This document shows, one piece after another, positions 19,429 through 28,958 of a stretch of 64,000 bases of DNA; within the stretch, counting starts at the first letter, position 1, and the number at the start of each line of letters is the position of its first letter. The stretch comes from Opitutales bacterium (GTDB lineage Bacteria; Verrucomicrobiota; Verrucomicrobiia; Opitutales; UBA9783). Made by a program: the position numbers and the translations under genes. The stretch lies in assembly GCA_017958565.1 (NCBI GenBank), contig JAGDCJ010000016.1, positions 94 through 64,093 of the forward strand. The letters are read 5' to 3'. The notes under the pieces were generated by a model. That model had not been told where the DNA came from, made no database searches, and worked only from the letters and a program-made list of their open reading frames with translations.

Positions 19429-21215
19429 GAAAAGGAATCTAAAAATTGTTGCATTTCTTTTAAGGAGGGTGGGCATTCGATGGACATTTGACCAAAACGA
19501 CTGGCTTGGTAGGTTTGTTCGAAATTTTGCAAGCGTTTTCGTTGTTCTTCCGAAAATCGAGAGTCTTGTAAAATTGCTGTGATCGACGAACCGCGTTTTT
19601 GTAATTTCCACTCGAGGTACTCATGAGCGGCAGTATAAACACCCACGCCATCCTTTTGACGAAAGGCTTCTTGCAACGTACGTTGCAAGCGTTGCAGTTG
19701 TTGTTTGGAAGCTTGCTGCATTCGATAATTGTTGGTATGAGTTTTTCGGTAACGCCATCCGCCGATGATTACAACAATGGAAAGAAATCCTTGAATCCAC
19801 CAGAAGAGAGAAGTGGACGAAACCCACGTAATAGGCTCCATGGTAATCGTGTGCTCACCGATGGAGCTTTCGGAAGAAGAATCCTTTGCAGGGATTTCTT
19901 CTGCGGAAGGAGACGAAGGAGAAACGGCAGAAGTGGTGGGGATCGATGATGGTTGGCGAATAGCTGGTTTGACCGAAAGCGCCTTTGATTCGGAAGTAAG
20001 GGTTTCGTATTGACCGTTCACCGGGTTGAAAAAGCAAAAGGTTACGGAAGGTAGCGGAACGTTGCCTTCTTTTAACGGAACCAGCGTGTAGGTAAAATGC
20101 ATCGTCCCTTTAAAACCTAAAGAATCGGTTGATTCAAAATGTTTTTTGGGATCATACGCGCGCCAATATTGCGGATCATATTGCAACGAAGGAGCTTGTA
20201 TGGCTTCGAAATTTCCGCTGCCGGTTACATCAACGGTTAAGGAAATGGGCTCATGTTGAATAAATTCGGTTTCGAAAGTTTTTAAGGGTAATAATTGGAA
20301 CTGCCCAATGGCTTGCGTAAATTCTTTCGGTTGTGGAAGCGGTAACGGTAAGACTTCCACATAATACGGCTTTGTTTTCAAGGTTTGCGGTTCCATTTGG
20401 ATCACGCCCAATCCTTTTTTTAAGATACTCAACGGATCCTCATCATCTTCTTCGAACAGAGCGTTTGATCGAGAAGCTTGCTCGATTTCCATATCAACGG
20501 AAAAAGAAAGAGAAGTATTCCCTGATTGGAGTGCGGTAAGCAAGGTTGGCCACGATAAAAGGCCGTACGATTCACCGTTGTGAACAGTGCTTTCTTTTTT
20601 GGGATCTTCCGTCATTTTAGAGGCGGAGAATTTATCACCCTGTTTGTGAGGATAGCTGTTTAATTGACCGCGGACCCTTGCGTTGACGAGTAATTGGACA
20701 TTGGCGGGGCAACATTGTCCCACATACCAACGTTTCGGGAAAGAACCGGATAGGAGCAATTGTGCTTTCGAGATGCGTTCGTTGGGGGAAGAGGAAATGA
20801 CTTGTTGGTTGGAAGATTTGGGAGTAGCTGAGGTGGCCGAATCCGGCTGTACGGTGAAGTGGGTAGCCGGAACGGTATACGATTCCCCTTTATAGAGGAC
20901 CGAAAAAGAAGGAAACGTGATATGGCCAACTTGTGAGGTTTTAAAAAGAAAGATCCACGAGGTTGCGTGTGTCGATCTTCCGTTCTCATAAGACATTCTG
21001 GAAGATTTCCCAACGCGTTGGAGTGGAATAGCTGGTGGGTTTTTTTGCGAAAACGAAATATCATCCAGCGAAGCATTGGCGGTGAGGATAAATCGCAGGT
21101 ATTGATTTGGCGTGGCCGGATTCGGTTGTACTTGCGCTGTGAAACGAATATCCGCGCTGCTGCCCCATACGGTTATGGGAAAGAAGGAGAAGAAAAGAAG
21201 CCACCTTTGTTTCAT
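19425..21215 (-). CDS. BatD-like oxygen-tolerance protein
   Basis: 596 aa with a signal peptide (MKQRWLLFFSFFPITVWG), a long beta-rich ectodomain, a single TM helix near the C-terminus and a cytoplasmic tail. It sits where batD sits in Bat operons. Confidence 0.7.
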   Translation of the reverse strand: MKQRWLLFFSFFPITVWGSSADIRFTAQVQPNPATPNQYLRFILTANASLDDISFSQKNPPAIPLQRVGKSSRMSYENGRSTHATSWIFLFKTSQVGHITFPSFSVLYKGESYTVPATHFTVQPDSATSATPKSSNQQVISSSPNERISKAQLLLSGSFPKRWYVGQCCPANVQLLVNARVRGQLNSYPHKQGDKFSASKMTEDPKKESTVHNGESYGLLSWPTLLTALQSGNTSLSFSVDMEIEQASRSNALFEEDDEDPLSILKKGLGVIQMEPQTLKTKPYYVEVLPLPLPQPKEFTQAIGQFQLLPLKTFETEFIQHEPISLTVDVTGSGNFEAIQAPSLQYDPQYWRAYDPKKHFESTDSLGFKGTMHFTYTLVPLKEGNVPLPSVTFCFFNPVNGQYETLTSESKALSVKPAIRQPSSIPTTSAVSPSSPSAEEIPAKDSSSESSIGEHTITMEPITWVSSTSLFWWIQGFLSIVVIIGGWRYRKTHTNNYRMQQASKQQLQRLQRTLQEAFRQKDGVGVYTAAHEYLEWKLQKRGSSITAILQDSRFSEEQRKRLQNFEQTYQASRFGQMSIECPPSLKEMQQFLDSFS

Positions 21216-21216
21216 C

Positions 21217-22068
21217 TTACCAATCTTTTATGACGGGATCATTACCGCCTTGATCGGAAGAAGGAGGCAACATCTTTTCATTGCGCTTTTCACGATTAAG
21301 AATATTATCCATTTCTTGTTGCTTTAAATCAACCTTTTCTTTCGGAGGCGGAGGTGGAGATGGAGGAGGGGGTGGTTGATTTTGGGGTGGTGGCGGCTTT
21401 TGAGAATCTTTATTCGGATCGTTTTTCGGTTGATCAGGGTTATTTTTTTGCTGTTTTTGACGATTGGGATTCTTTTTCTGTTGCTTGTTTTTCTGCTTTT
21501 GCCGCTTTTTTAAGTATTTTTTTACAACCTCAATATTATGCGCAGTGTCTTCGCTTTTTTTCAGCGCCAATGCATTTTCATAATTTTGCAAGCTTTCTTC
21601 CAATAAGGGAATTTGTTGATCCTCTGGGTTGGAAAGGGCATGGCGAAAACACGCACATCCTAAATTGTAAAAAGTGTTTTCTTGTTGTTCCGGATTTTGA
21701 CAAATTTGAATGGCTTTCGAAAAAGATTGCTTAGCGCCAGCGTAATCCATCAACTGATATTTTTCGACGCCAAGGTTGTAGTTTGCTTCCCAGTTTTTGG
21801 GATGTTTTTCGCAATACTTTTCTAGTTTTACCAACGATTTTGGTTTTTCTGGAGATGTTTTGTCGGAAGAAGGTTGGGTGGTATCAATGGCTTGCAACAG
21901 TTTTTGTGACTCGTCCATCAACGACCTGAATGCGGCAGGAGAATCCGATGGAGCTGAAGCGGGCGTATCGGCTGCCTCGCTTGAGGATAACGAAAAAATC
22001 ATTCCGCTTCCCCACACAAGCCACGTTTGGAAGGTGTTTTTGAAGGAACAGAGAAAGGAACGGTTCAT
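21217..22068 (-). CDS. BatC-like TPR protein with Pro/Lys-rich tail
   Basis: TPR-like motifs are present (ANYNLGVEKYQLMDYAGAKQSF, FYNLGCACF). The C-terminus has KQKNKQQKKNPNRQKQQ and PPPPQNQPPPPPSPPPPP tracts. I trimmed the start to ATG 22068, an ATGA overlap with the batB stop. Confidence 0.65.
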   Translation of the reverse strand: MNRSFLCSFKNTFQTWLVWGSGMIFSLSSSEAADTPASAPSDSPAAFRSLMDESQKLLQAIDTTQPSSDKTSPEKPKSLVKLEKYCEKHPKNWEANYNLGVEKYQLMDYAGAKQSFSKAIQICQNPEQQENTFYNLGCACFRHALSNPEDQQIPLLEESLQNYENALALKKSEDTAHNIEVVKKYLKKRQKQKNKQQKKNPNRQKQQKNNPDQPKNDPNKDSQKPPPPQNQPPPPPSPPPPPKEKVDLKQQEMDNILNREKRNEKMLPPSSDQGGNDPVIKDW

Positions 22069-23072
22069 TTGGTTCCCTTTCGTAGCGCTTTCCAAGAATA
22101 GAATAAAGGCTCAAGTGCCAATAAAATGAAGGCAATGCCTAAAAACCATACGTATCGTTCGATGGGAATTTTTTCCAAACTTTCAAAATTTTCTTTGGGT
22201 AAATTTTTCAAGGCCATTTGATAAATTTGTTGTAAGCCTTCGCCGGCATTTCCTAATGGAGCGTAGAAACCTTTTGTGATGCGAGCGATTTCTTGGAGCG
22301 TTTTTTCATCTAGTTTTGTAATTACCGTTTCCCCGTTCGAATCTTTTACATACTCAGTGGTTCCCTGAGGGGTTTGAATGCAAATCGGGCAACCTTTCGG
22401 TGTTCCAATTCCAACCGTATGCACAACGATTCCTTTTTCCGCTAGTACTTTTGCCATTTTTAAGGTATCCCCTGCTAAGTTTTCGCCATCGGTGAATAAA
22501 ATGATGTGTTTGTTTTTCGATGTTTGTTCGAAAGTTTCCAGCGCTATCCCCATCGCTGCTGACAAATTGGTGCCTCCATAGGTAATGGTACGCGTATCCA
22601 GTATATCTAATGCCGCTTTAAAAGCACCCATATCATTCGTAGAAGGGCATTGTAAAAAAGCGGAGCCTGCGAAAGCAATCAACCCGACGTGGCTTCCACG
22701 GATCGATTTCAGCAGCTCTAGAATGCTAATTTTGGCTAATTCCAAACGATTGGGGCGCACATCGGTGGCTAACATGCTTTTGGAGGTATCGATCGCAAAC
22801 AGGATGTTCGTGCCAACGTATTTGTGCTTTTCCAAATAAGAGCCCCATTGAGGTCGGGCGGCCGCGATACAAAAACACGGAATGCCGATCCATAAGCAGA
22901 GGTTGCGTACTCGTAGGCGAAAATTTTGTTTGCGGCTGGGATGGTAAAGAAACGTACTTCCCCACTTTTTTCGTAATTGATGACCCTTCCGTCGGCCAGT
23001 ATAGAGCGTAAACAAGACTTCTAAGCAAAGAAAGCCTAAAATCAAACCAAAGGTAGGATAAACAAATTTCAT
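22065..23072 (-). CDS. BatB-like von Willebrand factor A (VWA) membrane protein
   Basis: The VWA MIDAS motif is FAIDTSKSM, followed by ...ILFTDGEN. N- and C-terminal TM helices are present. I trimmed the start to ATG 23072 (MKFVYPTF...), immediately after the batA stop. Confidence 0.8.
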   Translation of the reverse strand: MKFVYPTFGLILGFLCLEVLFTLYTGRRKGHQLRKKWGSTFLYHPSRKQNFRLRVRNLCLWIGIPCFCIAAARPQWGSYLEKHKYVGTNILFAIDTSKSMLATDVRPNRLELAKISILELLKSIRGSHVGLIAFAGSAFLQCPSTNDMGAFKAALDILDTRTITYGGTNLSAAMGIALETFEQTSKNKHIILFTDGENLAGDTLKMAKVLAEKGIVVHTVGIGTPKGCPICIQTPQGTTEYVKDSNGETVITKLDEKTLQEIARITKGFYAPLGNAGEGLQQIYQMALKNLPKENFESLEKIPIERYVWFLGIAFILLALEPLFYSWKALRKGTK

Positions 23073-24016
23073 GCAAGGATTCGGTATCGGTGGGTTTTTA
23101 AGAAATATTCTAACAGAAGGAGGGCGGTTGCCGCCCATAAAGCGTAAAAGAACAGCTCTCCATACGATTTTGAGCCTTCTTGTTTTACTTGGGTTTTTTC
23201 CAGCGTATCGATTTGTTGATAAACGCTTTGTAAGCTTTTTAGGTCGTACGCACGGTAAAATTGTCCACCGGTGGATTCCGCCATACGTGCAAGGGTTTGT
23301 TCGTCGGCGGGAAACACTTGGTCGTTTCCAATCATAATCGCGTAAATTTTGGTCTGGAAACTGTTGGCAATCGTTGCGGCTAAGGTAGGCGTAACGTCCC
23401 CAAAATTGTTCACGCCATCGGTGAGCAAGACAATCAAGCGCGTTTTAGCAGATAATTCTTTTAGTCGATTTAAGCACATGGTTACCGCACTTCCAATGGC
23501 GGTTCCGTCTTCAATTAAACCGGCATCGAGACGCTGTAAATTTTGCAATAACCATTCATGATTGAGTGTAAGCGGACTGACTAAATAGGGGTAGCGCGCA
23601 AACGATACGAGACCAATGCGATCATCGGGGCGTTGTTGAATGAAGTCTTCTAATACGCCCTTGGCAGCTTCAATACGCGTCGCGCGTCTGCCCATGCCAC
23701 TGGTAAAATCAGGAATTAGCATGGAGGTGGATAAATCGATCGCCAGCATCATGTCGACCCCATTGGCATCATGGTGGGTGATTTCGTAAACCATTTGCGG
23801 GCGTGCAAGTGCGAAAATAATGCAGGCTAAGGTACCGGTTCGTAGGAGAAGCGGAATCTTTTGCGGTTGTGCTTGCAATCCTTGAAAGGGTTGGATGGAG
23901 CTGTGCATCAGAAAACGTTTGGCTTGCCAGACCCGCATGGAGACCCAAAACCACAACGGCAACCACAGCAGGTTTAGAAACATCCATGGGTACCGAAAAG
24001 CAAATCCGGTTTTCAT
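23069..24016 (-). CDS. BatA-like VWA membrane protein
   Basis: The VWA motif is LAIDLSTSM, followed by ...VLLTDGVNN. TM helices sit at both ends. I trimmed the start to ATG 24016 (MKTGFAFRYPW...). Confidence 0.8.
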   Translation of the reverse strand: MKTGFAFRYPWMFLNLLWLPLWFWVSMRVWQAKRFLMHSSIQPFQGLQAQPQKIPLLLRTGTLACIIFALARPQMVYEITHHDANGVDMMLAIDLSTSMLIPDFTSGMGRRATRIEAAKGVLEDFIQQRPDDRIGLVSFARYPYLVSPLTLNHEWLLQNLQRLDAGLIEDGTAIGSAVTMCLNRLKELSAKTRLIVLLTDGVNNFGDVTPTLAATIANSFQTKIYAIMIGNDQVFPADEQTLARMAESTGGQFYRAYDLKSLQSVYQQIDTLEKTQVKQEGSKSYGELFFYALWAATALLLLEYFLKTHRYRILA

Positions 24017-24897
24017 AACGATTTCCTTTCGTTCGGATTTGGATCCGTCGGTTTCGGTTGGGTTAAAGCATGCGCTGCTTCCACAATGGCTTGTGCTTGT
24101 TGATGTAAAGAGATTAAGAAAGATTTTTCGAAAGAAAGCTGTGTAAATTTGACCAAGTCGCACTGTTGCAAAAAATTCGTAATGGTGGATTGCAGATCAC
24201 CTGGAATTTTTGTGCAGATCGTTAAATGATACAATAGCTCCTGCGTCGTTGATTCCGGCGCGGGCAAGGGGAAGATGCGCGATAAGTACAAACGAACTGC
24301 TGCATCCATTGGAAAAACGAACGGTTTTGGATCGGTCATCTGGAGGTTTTGTAAAGCGTGCGTAACTTCCGTATAGGGGTCCAAAGGAGGTGTTTTTGCC
24401 TTTGCTTTGGTCTTCTTTTTCCATCGAAGGATCATCCAAAGGGAAAAGAGAATGAGGGCGAAGACGAGGAGAATGAGAAGGAGCGGAACGTACCAGGGCC
24501 ATTTTAACGGAACAGCCGGACGAAGGTCCATAATATCCCCTAAGCTTTCATCGCTTTTTTCTTCCTCTTCTTCCGATTGCTTTTCGTGGGTATCCGCGGA
24601 GGGTTTAGAAGAATGAACGGCAGATTCGTTGTTCGAAGGCGATGAATCGGATGCGTTCGGTTCGTTTGCAAGCGCTTGAGGTTGAATCGGTTCGGTTGAA
24701 GAAGTCGGAAGGGGAGCTGGAGATTGTTCGGAAGGGGGTATAGAAGGAATTTCTGGGTTTATTTTTTCTCCGTCGGTTTGCGGCTGGGTCGGTTCTGCTA
24801 TCGTTTGAGTGGGAAGCGAAGGTGTATCTCCTTGTGGATCTGCCACAGCAAACGGTATGAAAAGCGAGAAAACCAGTGAAAAGGAGAACCGTTTCAT
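24013..24897 (-). CDS. DUF4381-like membrane protein of the Bat operon
   Basis: I trimmed the start to 24897 (MKRFSFSLVFSLFIPFAVA, a signal peptide). It has a Pro/Ser/Glu-rich region, then a TM helix (WYVPLLLILLVFALILFSLWMIL), then a conserved tail. It occupies the usual slot between DUF58 and batA. Confidence 0.55.
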   Translation of the reverse strand: MKRFSFSLVFSLFIPFAVADPQGDTPSLPTQTIAEPTQPQTDGEKINPEIPSIPPSEQSPAPLPTSSTEPIQPQALANEPNASDSSPSNNESAVHSSKPSADTHEKQSEEEEEKSDESLGDIMDLRPAVPLKWPWYVPLLLILLVFALILFSLWMILRWKKKTKAKAKTPPLDPYTEVTHALQNLQMTDPKPFVFPMDAAVRLYLSRIFPLPAPESTTQELLYHLTICTKIPGDLQSTITNFLQQCDLVKFTQLSFEKSFLISLHQQAQAIVEAAHALTQPKPTDPNPNERKSL

Positions 24898-24902
24898 GTT
24901 GT

Positions 24903-25796
24903 CTATCGATGTTGAAAAAGGCTTCGCAGGCCTTTTAAGTACGGCTGGCCATTGGTGAGCGTTAAAACATCGATTCCGCAATGGAGGCAAGCGTTTTGGA
25001 AATGCTCCCAATATTGTTTTTGGTTATTCGCAAAGCGGTTTCGAATGGAAGCATTATGGGTATCCACATAGGTGCATTGTCCGGTTTCAGCGTCCGAAAG
25101 AGCAACAAAACCGACGTCGGGCAATTGCTGCTCTCGAGGATCAGCGATCCGAATGCACAAAAAATCATGGCGTGTATGAAGGCGGCAGAGAATTTTTGTC
25201 AAAGCTTGCAAATCTAACGTATGCGTTGGTAAAAAATCCGATAAAAAGCAAATAATGGCCTTTTTTTTGAGCATTTGCTCCAGCGATTGCAAACAACCAA
25301 CGATGTCTGTTTGGGAATGCTGCGGCTGAAAAAACAAGGCTTCGCGAATGACCGAAAGCAGTTGCGAGCGGCCTTTTTTCGGTCGCACAAATTTTTCGAT
25401 GTGGTTGGAGAATAAAAACAATCCGACTCGATCGTTGTTTTTCAGGGCAGAAAGCGCCAAAACGCTTGCGATTTCTGCGGCGAATTCCCGTTTGGATTGT
25501 TTGGTGGATCCGCAAAAGGAGGAAGTGCTAATATCAAGCACCACCAGGAGCGTCAATTCTCGTTCTTCGCGAAAAATTTTGACAACAGGCTTATGTAATT
25601 TTGCCGTCGTATTCCAGTCGATCGCGCGAATTTCGTCTCCTGGTGCATAATCGCGCAGCTCTTCGAAATTTATCCCCTGTCCCCGAAAGCGGCTGCAGTA
25701 GGATCCCGAAAGCCCTTCATTCATGGTTTGTCGGGTACGCAATTCAATCGCACGTACCTTTTGTAGCATCGTGCGAACTTTGTTTTCTTCCAACAT
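24903..25796 (-). CDS. DUF58-family protein (MoxR partner)
   Basis: The diagnostic motif is FEELRDYAPGDEIRAIDWNTTAKL. I trimmed the start to ATG 25796, a TAATG overlap with the moxR stop. The 440-aa ORF otherwise overlaps moxR. Confidence 0.8.
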   Translation of the reverse strand: MLEENKVRTMLQKVRAIELRTRQTMNEGLSGSYCSRFRGQGINFEELRDYAPGDEIRAIDWNTTAKLHKPVVKIFREERELTLLVVLDISTSSFCGSTKQSKREFAAEIASVLALSALKNNDRVGLFLFSNHIEKFVRPKKGRSQLLSVIREALFFQPQHSQTDIVGCLQSLEQMLKKKAIICFLSDFLPTHTLDLQALTKILCRLHTRHDFLCIRIADPREQQLPDVGFVALSDAETGQCTYVDTHNASIRNRFANNQKQYWEHFQNACLHCGIDVLTLTNGQPYLKGLRSLFQHR

Positions 25797-26806
25797 TAGG
25801 GAACCGGAACGGTTTCTAAGATTTTTGCAATTATTTGATCGGTGGTCATGTTTTCTGCTTCTGCTTCGTAGGATAGACCAATTCGGTGATTCAAAACCGG
25901 CAATGCCATGGCTTTTACGTCTTGCGGAATCACATAACCGCGTCGATTGAGGAAAGCCCATGTTTTGGAAGCAATCGTGAGGGCAATGGTCGCACGAGGA
26001 GAGGCTCCAAATCGCAAAAGATTTTGAATATCCAAGTGGTAGCGTTCGGGTGAACGCGTAGCAACAATTACATCCACAATGTAGTCTTTGATTTTTTCGT
26101 CCACGTAGATTTGGTCGATCGCTTCTCGGCTTTCTAGGATTTCTTTGACCGATAAGAGCGTTTTCGGTGCTTCTTCCGGTTTCAATTTGGTCTTTAACTC
26201 CAAAATTTTCCGTTCCTCTTCCCAAGAAGAATACCCTACTTTTAGCTTGAGCATGAAACGATCCATCTGTGCTTCAGGAAGGGTGTAGGTTCCTTCTTGT
26301 TCTATCGGGTTTTGGGTCGCTAATACCAAAAAGGGGCTGTCCAGCGGATAGGTGGTATCGCCTAACGTAACCTGTCGCTCTTGCATGCCTTCCAACAGCG
26401 CAGCTTGTACTTTCGAAGGCGCACGGTTAATTTCGTCCGCGAGCAGTAGGTTGGTAAAAATGGGCCCTTTTTTGGTCGAAAAGGCTCCGGTAGTTGGGTT
26501 GTAGATCATGGTTCCGATGATATCGGAGGGCAACAAGTCCGGCGTGAATTGAACCCGCTTAAATTGAAGCTGAAATACCTGCGCCAGCGTTTTAATGACG
26601 AGCGTTTTCGCCAACCCCGGTAACCCTTCTAATAAAACGTGGCCGTTCCCTAATAACCCGATCAATAATCCATCCACGACTGATTGATTTCCAATGTACG
26701 CTCGGCTGATTTCCGCCCGAAGTACTTCAATCCACTTCGTCATTTCTTGAATTCGCTCATTTAATTCTCGCAAAGAAAAAGCTTGTGTAGAAGTTTGTGG
26801 TGCCAT
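25796..26806 (-). CDS. moxR: MoxR-family AAA+ ATPase
   Basis: 336 aa. Walker A is LEGLPGLAKT and Walker B is LLADEINRAPSKVQAALLEGMQERQVT, both typical of MoxR. Confidence 0.9.
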   Translation of the reverse strand: MAPQTSTQAFSLRELNERIQEMTKWIEVLRAEISRAYIGNQSVVDGLLIGLLGNGHVLLEGLPGLAKTLVIKTLAQVFQLQFKRVQFTPDLLPSDIIGTMIYNPTTGAFSTKKGPIFTNLLLADEINRAPSKVQAALLEGMQERQVTLGDTTYPLDSPFLVLATQNPIEQEGTYTLPEAQMDRFMLKLKVGYSSWEEERKILELKTKLKPEEAPKTLLSVKEILESREAIDQIYVDEKIKDYIVDVIVATRSPERYHLDIQNLLRFGASPRATIALTIASKTWAFLNRRGYVIPQDVKAMALPVLNHRIGLSYEAEAENMTTDQIIAKILETVPVP

Positions 26807-26892
26807 AAGATAACCTCATCGTAGTGTTTTTGGATGAAAAGGCAAGGGTTTATAAAAAATTGGATTTTTCTAAAAAAATTTTTTTAACAAGA

Positions 26893-27749
26893 ATGAAAAG
26901 ATTGTTAAAGGAATTCGGCAAGGGAAATAGGACTTACGTTAAAAATGCAATTTGTAAAAAACTTTATCCGATTTGGATCAAACATAAGCCCCATCTTGAT
27001 TTTTTAGGATTCCACGTTGTCGATCATTGCATTTTACACTGTAAGGGTTGCGATGCTTGCTCGCCTTTGGTGAAAAAACCGTGGTTTTACGATGCAAAGG
27101 TTTTTGAAAAAGACGTAGAAGAGTTGTCGAAAAAATTAGCGCTAAGGACATGCGAAATTCTGGGGGGGGAGCCCTTATTGCACCCACAAATCGAACAAAT
27201 CGTATCTACGGTAAGGAAATTCTATCCATTCACATCTATTGTTTTCGTAACAAATGGAATTTTATTAAAAAAGATGAAACCTTCCTTTTTTGAATGTTTA
27301 CGCAAAAATAAAATATTATCTTACGAATATCAGTTTATACGCCATTTCAAGAAAAAGTAAAGGAATGGGTAAACTTTTGTGAACAACAAAAACTTTGTGT
27401 ATGCACCATACCAAATTATTCTTTGTGGCGCGATTTTCGTTATCGTTTTGATGTAGTTTCTGATCCAAAAGAACAGTTTAAAAATTGTAAATGTAGGTGT
27501 GGTATGCTTTACAAATCCAAAATTTGTCCATGCTTGAGGGTTTTTTTGAAACACTTCAACGAGTTTTTTCATGAACGCATAGAAGAAGTACCAGTGTATG
27601 ATGTTTTTCAATACAGCGGTCGCGAGTTGCAAAAATTGATGAATCAACCAAATCCGTGTTGTCGACGTTGTAATGGAGGTTCTGAAAGCCATAACTTGAT
27701 CCCTTGGGGGTATTCGAAACGAGAAAAATCGGAATGGCTTATTGAATGA
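26893..27749 (+). pseudogene. radical SAM protein interrupted by a frameshift (pseudogene, sequencing error or recoding)
   Basis: ORF 26824..27360 carries the CxxxCxxC motif (HCILHCKGC) and GGEPLLHP, then stops. A second frame opens at 27312 (..NIILRISVYTPFQEKVKEWVNFCEQQ..) and continues into ORF 27423..27749, which has Cys-rich motifs (CKCRC, CPC, CCRRC). The two frames overlap in the A/T-rich stretch ~27304-27358. The probable start is ATG 26893, because GTG 26824 lies only 17 bp from the moxR start. Confidence 0.6.
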
Positions 27750-27761
27750 GAAAAAATGATT

Positions 27762-28949
27762 TCACTTCTTTTCCGTTTTTAACGTACAAACGTGCGGTTC
27801 AGGAAGCGGAAATTTGAGGTAGATGATGGAGCCAACGTCTTTTTTGCTTTCAATTTCTACGGAACCGTTATGTTCGCGTAAAATTTGTTGTACGATGAGC
27901 ATGCCGATGCCATGACCGGATGGTTTTTGGGTATGAGAGTGCCGTGAAAGTACATGGGCGGCTTGTTCGTTCGAAAAGCCGCAACCTGAATCGGCAAACG
28001 CTAAAATGAGCGATTGTCCGTCTTGCAAAAACGAGATGCGAATCCACCCGTTGGTTCCGATGGCTTCCATGGCATTTTTAAGAAGATTGAAAAACGCTTG
28101 GTGCAAACGCGCAGCATCCAGGAAGATTGTCGGGAGGTTATGCGGGATATTCCATTGAACGGCAATGTGCGCGTTTTCCAGTTGGGGTTGTAAGACCGAT
28201 AAAACATTCTGAAGGGTTGGCAAGGGACTTCCGCGTTTGAGCTCCAATGCACGAGGACGAACCGATTGTAAAAAATGTTGAACAATGCCATCCAGCCGTT
28301 GAACTTCCGATTGGCAAATCGATAAGGACGAAAGAAGACGAGAGGTGTTTTCTAAGGAGGGCGGCAGGGAGGAAAGCGTGCGTTGAATGAGTTGCAAGTG
28401 GATACTGATGGAATTGAGAGGATTCCCTAATTCATGCGCTACTTCGGAGGATAATTGAACCACCGAATCCATCTGTTCTTGCAGTCGCTGCTCTTCGGAA
28501 GCCTTTCGTTCTTGCGTAATATCCTGCAGCAGCACGATCCATCGCACCGATTCGGATTTTTCGGAAAAGGGTTGTACATGAACCCGAACCCACCGTTTTT
28601 CCGGATACGTTAATGCGGTTTCTTTGGAAAGAACATCTGGGGAAGAGTCGGCAGGAGACGAGAAGAAATGCTTGAGCGATGGAATCCAGTGCCACAAAGG
28701 CATGGATGGCAGAGAAGATTTTGGCAATCCCAGTAATTGGGAAGCGGATTCGTTGAAAAATTCAATGGTGCCATTTTGATGAACCAATAGAATGGATTCG
28801 CTCAAAAGGTGGAAAATCGCATGCAGCAATTGGCGTTCTCGATCGAGGTAGGTTACGGTTTGTTGTAATTCCTTCCCTTCTAAGGAAGGAAGCCGTTGGT
28901 ATATTTTTTCCCGAACGCTTTTTTTCATAGAAGTGGAGCGATGAACCAT
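27762..28949 (-). CDS. cytoplasmic PAS-domain sensor histidine kinase
   Basis: The H-box is EVAHELGNPLNSISIHLQL. The HATPase N, G1 and G2 boxes are LLKNAMEAI, DSGCGF and GHGIGM. I see no TM segments and no adjacent response regulator. Confidence 0.8.
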   Translation of the reverse strand: MVHRSTSMKKSVREKIYQRLPSLEGKELQQTVTYLDRERQLLHAIFHLLSESILLVHQNGTIEFFNESASQLLGLPKSSLPSMPLWHWIPSLKHFFSSPADSSPDVLSKETALTYPEKRWVRVHVQPFSEKSESVRWIVLLQDITQERKASEEQRLQEQMDSVVQLSSEVAHELGNPLNSISIHLQLIQRTLSSLPPSLENTSRLLSSLSICQSEVQRLDGIVQHFLQSVRPRALELKRGSPLPTLQNVLSVLQPQLENAHIAVQWNIPHNLPTIFLDAARLHQAFFNLLKNAMEAIGTNGWIRISFLQDGQSLILAFADSGCGFSNEQAAHVLSRHSHTQKPSGHGIGMLIVQQILREHNGSVEIESKKDVGSIIYLKFPLPEPHVCTLKTEKK

Positions 28950-28958
28950 AAAGAATTT

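Noticed and set aside
24903-26225. Long N-terminal extensions of Bat-operon ORFs (440-aa DUF58 ORF, 364-aa batA, 357-aa batB, 332-aa DUF4381-like, 306-aa batE-like), and likewise fmt (436 aa) and the SEDS gene (465 aa)
   Set aside because: The extensions overlap the preceding well-supported gene in another frame. In each case an internal ATG abuts or lies within a few nucleotides of the upstream stop (ATGA/TAATG overlaps, direct abutments or a 5-nt gap) and gives a sensible signal peptide or domain start.
27762-28949. Orphan histidine kinase as part of a novel signalling system with the adjacent radical-SAM gene
   Set aside because: The two genes are convergent, no response regulator is nearby, and orphan cytoplasmic PAS kinases are common. 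I see no sequence-level evidence of a functional link.
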